A stretch of 64,000 nucleotides of DNA from the human T2T-CHM13v2.0 reference genome, Homo sapiens: assembly GCF_009914755.1 (NCBI RefSeq), contig NC_060928.1; one strand, written 5' to 3'. A program made the translations under genes and the position numbers. A model generated the notes under the pieces. It saw nothing but the letters and a program-made list of their open reading frames with translations. It was not told the DNA's origin and ran no database searches. Below, piece after piece: positions 59,312 to 64,000 of the stretch (the stretch's first letter is position 1; every line of letters starts with the position of its first letter).

Positions 59312-59628
59312 CTCTCTGTCTCCCAGGCTGGAGTGCAGGCGCGATCTGGGCTCACTGCAGCCTCCACCCCCTGGCTCAAGCCTCCCACCCCAGCCTCCCA
59401 AGTAGCTGGGATTACAGGTGCGTGTCACCCAGCTAATTTCTGTATTTTCTTTTAGAGACAGGGTCTTGCTATGTTGCTCAGGCTGGCCTGGATCTCTGCA
59501 GTTCAAGCAATCGGCCAGTCTCCGCCTCCCAAAGTGCTGGGATTACAGGCATGAGCCACCTTACCTGGCTATTTTTTTGTATTTTTTTGCAGAGAACTCC
59601 TGGGCTCAAGCAATCCTCCTGCCTCGAT
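59312..59628 (-). mobile_element. AluJ with internal deletions plus a trailing Alu fragment
   Basis: Antisense Alu to about 59570, then an extra 'aactcctgggctcaagcaatcctcctgcctcg' piece. Confidence 0.85.
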
Positions 59629-61082
59629 CATTTGTTTTTAAATGAGCCTGTATTGCCTGTAATTTTCAAGACGGTATAGAGCTTACAGAAAAAGTATGAA
59701 AAGTGCAAGTGTTTTTTTAGATAGCAACTATTGCTTAGCACTCAACATATTTCCTTTATCCGTCTTCCCTTCCCCCTTCCTTTCCTCCTTCCTCCTCCCT
59801 CCCTTTCTTCCTTTTTTCAAATTAACCTTTAGGCCAGTTGCTTAGGCCAGTTGCTGATACTTGGCTGTGGTGTTTGCATAGCTAGCTTGCCCTGATGTAA
59901 CTGTACATGTAATCAGCGTCTGCCACTTTGATGGAAGTTTCCTAGTTTAGAAACACCTATCTCTGGATTATAATGAAACAACACAGAGGCTAAATAATAA
60001 AACCTCAGGGAATCAAGACATGTAAAGCCCAGAATTTTAAATAAATAAGGTTTATGGAACACTAAAAACAAATATATTGGACTTTCCATGGAGAATACTT
60101 TATCGTTGGTTATACTGAAGATAAATGTTAACAACACAAATAACATGCAAATACACACTCTTAGTATCCAAACATTGATTTTATTTGGCTTGCAGCATTG
60201 ATGTTGTAATGCTAGCATTCACTGACATTTAATTTGTGGTATAATATTGTCCCAACTGCTGCCTGCCTTTACACTATATAATATGAACTATTGTCAAAAG
60301 TGTCTTTGAGATGCCTTATGGGGCATTTATTAAATTTATTGCATTTATGGAAAATAGAGCCTGGTGAATACAGAACAAATATAACTTATTTTTGTGTTCT
60401 TAAGCAAAACAGCTTAGCAGTACTTTCAGAAACTTTCTTACGCTCCTCATTCCACCACAGGTTTCATCTCGAAAGGCTTCTGGCCTTCCTTCCCGATTTC
60501 CCCCACAGGCAAGGCTCTTCTAAGAGAACTCCTTAAAAATTACTATTATTACTATTATTTTTAATAATTTCAATTTTCAATTTTTCTTTGCTTACAGTAG
60601 CCTTAAAATAGCAAATACCATAAGGAGTAAAGATAAAGACTTTGGAAGAAGGAAAGATGCTTTATGTCTCATACCAATCACACTGCGTCTCATACAATTT
60701 TTTAAGTGTACTATTTACTAAAATTTAGTTCACTAATTTCAAAACAAATTCCAAAAAATGTTCTTTTTAAATAACCAGTGAAGTTCACTATTTCAAGGGA
60801 AACATTGCCTAGCAGCCTACCTCTATTTCTTACCCAATTTGTCTTTATACATCTATAGCATAATCTATATATTTATGGATGAGGTCAGCTTAAAGTAAGG
60901 TAAATGTATATTCTGATTCAGCAGTTATTGAAATTAAATTCCACTAAACAAAGCACCTTTTTACCTGATGCACACTTTATTATGTATTTAAACATAGGCA
61001 AATCATTAAGTTAATTATATTATCTTAAATTTAAATCACTGAACTTATCTGTATTTTGATTTAATTAAATTAATTAATTTAG

Positions 61083-61384
61083 TTTTTATTTTTTAGAGAC
61101 AAGATCTCACTCTGTTACCTAGGCTGGAGTGCGGTGGCACAATCATGGCTCACTACAGCCTAGACCAACTGGGCTCAAGTGATCCTTCCACCTCAGCCCT
61201 CAAAGTATCTGGGAATACAGGCACATGCCACCAGGCCTGGCTAATTTTTAATTTTTTTATTTTTGGTAGAGATGGGGTCTTGCTTTGTAGCTGAGGCTGG
61301 TCTTAAACTTCTAGCCTCAAACAATCTTCCTGCCTGGGCCTCCCAAAGTACTGGGATTACAGGTGTGAGTCACCCTGCTCGACT
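61083..61384 (-). mobile_element. AluJ
   Basis: Antisense J-type Alu; TSD-like ttgatttaa. Confidence 0.9.
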
Positions 61385-61859
61385 TGATTTAACTTTAGAG
61401 ATTAAAGGGAACTTCGAGATTGTCTAGTCTAAAATGTTTTAGAGATAGTTTGCCCCTTACTATTCCATGTAGTAAAGAAAATGATGCCAAATATATGCTA
61501 CATTGAATATAGAAAAATATTATAAAATAATGTATATACAAGTCATGTAAATGTTATAAGATTATATATATTAAGTAAAAAATTAAAGCTGAATCATGCA
61601 CTGTAGACATTTAACAAGTTTGACATTAGGAACCTTAAAATGGGTACTTTTTGGTTTTCAAGCATGAGGTGTATCTTTTAAAGATATCTCTGTGTCCAAA
61701 GAGAAGAGATGATGACACTATAGACCTATACTAACGTAAGAAATAGTTGAGTTGTTATATTGAGCTTTTACTTTAATTTCTGTATTTTACCATTAGCAAG
61801 GTTGAATAATTTTTTGGCTTAAGTTTATATTTCCTTTTTTAAAATTTCCTGTTTGTATC

Positions 61860-62441
61860 TGTGATGCTTCATTTTATGTGTCAACTGATGAGGCAATGGT
61901 ACCCAGTTGTGAGGGCAAACACCAGTCTAGATGTTGCTGTGAGGGTATTTGTAAGATGAAATTGACATTTAAATACACAGAATTTGAGCAAAGTTGATTA
62001 CCTTCCATAATGTGGGTGGACTTCAATCTCTTGAAAAGGCCCTTTATAGAAAACCCTGAGGTTTTCCAAAGAAGGGGTGATTCTGCTTCAAAACTGCAAC
62101 CCTGTCTGAGTTTCCAGCCTGCAAACACCAGATTCAAAGCTGCTTCAGAACTGCAACCCTACCTGAGTTTCCAGCCCGCAAACACCAGATTCAAAGCTGC
62201 AGCATCAACTCCTCCCTGAGTCTTCAGCCTGACAGGCTGCTCTACAGATTTCAGATTTGCCAGCCCCTACAATTCTGTGAATCAGTTCCTTAAAATAAAC
62301 ATTTCTCTCTATATTTATGCAAATGGATAAATGATGGATAGCTGTAGATTTCACTACATAGATATAGATACATAGATCAAGGAGATCTCCTATTGGTTCA
62401 ATAAATCTATTGGTTTTGTTTCTTTGAAGAGCCCTAAACAG
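61860..62441 (+). mobile_element. MLT2D-like (ERV-L) solo LTR with an internal 57-bp duplication at about 62084-62202
   Basis: 'tgtgatgcttcattttatgtgtcaactg...aaacaccagtctagatgttgctgtgagggtattt' through 'ctattggttttgtttctttgaagagcccta'. Confidence 0.85.
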
Positions 62442-62846
62442 TATTTTTGCTTACTTTTTAAAATTAGTATATTCACCTATTTCTTACTGAGAAAATTTAC
62501 TTAATAAAATGATTAGCCCTTTAAATGTCTCATGATGCTAGTATTTTTCTCATCGTTTGTGGTTTGCTTTTTTGTTTTCCAACAATAGAAGTGTTTACAT
62601 TTTTAGAAAGCATTTATTTCTTTGAATTTGTTCCTGTACAGCTATTCCCCGTTACAAGATACAGACATATTCCTCTGTATATTTCCTTCTAAGTATTGTT
62701 TTATTTGTTACATATAATTTAGTAATCTGTGGAATTTACTTTGATATATGATAGAAGATAAAAATGTATACTTTTACTTACATAGTTTATCAATTGTTTC
62801 ACCACCATTAAAAAACAACTTACAGATTTGAAACGGTTATTTTAGC

Positions 62847-63394
62847 TAGGGCTGCCAAATTTAGCTAATAAAAAGAAAGGGTGCCCTGTTAAATTTGTGA
62901 AATTTTAAATTCATATAAAAAATTTAATTTAAAATACATTTGTGAATTTTGAATTTTATATTAAAATGAATATTTTTAGTATGTCTCATGAAATATTTGG
63001 GGCTTACTTATTCTAAAAAATTATTTGGTGTTTATTAGAAATTCATATTTAGGGCCAGGAGTGGTGGCTCATGACTGTAATCCCAGCACTTTGTGAGGCT
63101 GAGGTGGGCGAATCACTTGAGGACAGGAGTTTGAGATAAGCCTGGTCAAGATGGTGAAACCCCATCTCTACTAAAATTTCAAAAATTAGCCAGGAATGGT
63201 GACACATGCCTGTAATCTCAGCTACTTGGGAGGCTGAGGCACGAGAATCGCTTGAGTCCAAAAGGTAGAGGTTACAGCTGAGATCACGCCACTGCCCTAC
63301 AGCCTGGGTGACAGATGGAGACTCCATCTCAAGAAAAAAATCATATTTAGCTGGATGAGCTGGATGGATGTCATGTATTTTAACTGGTAACCTA
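62847..63394. mobile_element. MER53 palindromic hAT-type MITE split by an Alu
   Basis: TIRs 'tagggctgccaaattt' / 'aactggtaaccta'; central 'tagtatgtctcatgaaatatttggggcttacttattcta'. Confidence 0.82.
63053..63337 (+). mobile_element. AluS
   Basis: Full dimer; TSD aaa(t/a)tcatatttag. Confidence 0.93.
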
Positions 63395-64000
63395 ACTTCA
63401 GCCATTATGAATTTTCCCCTGTGCTTTCTATGCATTCTAATGAGCCTTGAATCACAAAATTTGCTGATAATGAAGCAAATATAGAAGGCACTGGAGATAA
63501 GAGACCCAATTCTTGCTCATATCATTTCAGCCTCACCTGGAGCATTCAGTCACAGGAGCTGAAAATTTATTACTACTTAAAAGAGGCTAAGATAGTTTCC
63601 AATATTTGACAGTAGAAACATTTTAAGTGACGTAGAATAGACCATTTTCTTATACCTGCAATCAATGTATATTTTAGCTTATTTTAGAAGATATGGCTGA
63701 ATTGTTTCAGAAAATAATCACTTTAATATCTCTTGGATATAAATCAAATTTTGGATATATTTAGATTTAAATCAAGCATAGTATTGCCACTGTGAAATCC
63801 GAAATAGAAAAAACACAAGATAATGGAGAATTTATCATAACAGTTAACTTTCTGACACTCTGGTTGCTTGCCACCTTAAAACAGGGCAGGATGATATCCA
63901 CCAAACCTAAAGTCAAGGAGCATCATTTTCAGCATGACTATTTTTCAATATAGCCTGAACCATTTCATTGCACCTCTTCTGCCCTTGGGGACACTTAATA

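Noticed and set aside
57617-59455. Long ORFs (415, 451, 206, 150 aa) rich in G/T/L/W/D
   Set aside because: They are translations of the 17-bp VNTR, whose units rarely contain stops; the longest runs on into an Alu. There is no gene structure.

Overview
This is AT-rich primate (very probably human or great ape) nuclear DNA of intronic or intergenic character, and no gene is recognisable with confidence. The window is dominated by transposable elements: nested L1 fragments of several ages, about 15 Alus, solo LTRs (MER11, MST, THE1D, MLT1, MLT2A1, MLT2D) and non-autonomous DNA transposons (MER30, Tigger2a, MER81, MER53). It also has many tandem repeats: a 1.3 kb G-rich 17-bp VNTR, 69-bp and 93-bp VNTRs, a 65/51-bp two-length VNTR and many short duplications, several of them born inside old TEs. 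All long ORFs in the supplied track come from these repeats or from L1 ORF2/Alu sequence. The best leads are: (i) unique exon-like segments with canonical splice signals (7264-7389 -, 16.5-19.4 kb on both strands, 26354-26591 -, 50402-50613 +), which may belong to an unannotated gene, a lncRNA or a decayed gene; (ii) an AluY with almost all CpGs intact and substitutions strongly skewed AT-to-GC; (iii) an L1 5'-inversion junction with two near-perfect inverted repeats; (iv) the VNTRs. I see no convincing evidence of a new multi-gene biological system. TE family calls are from recalled consensus sequences, not from a database search.
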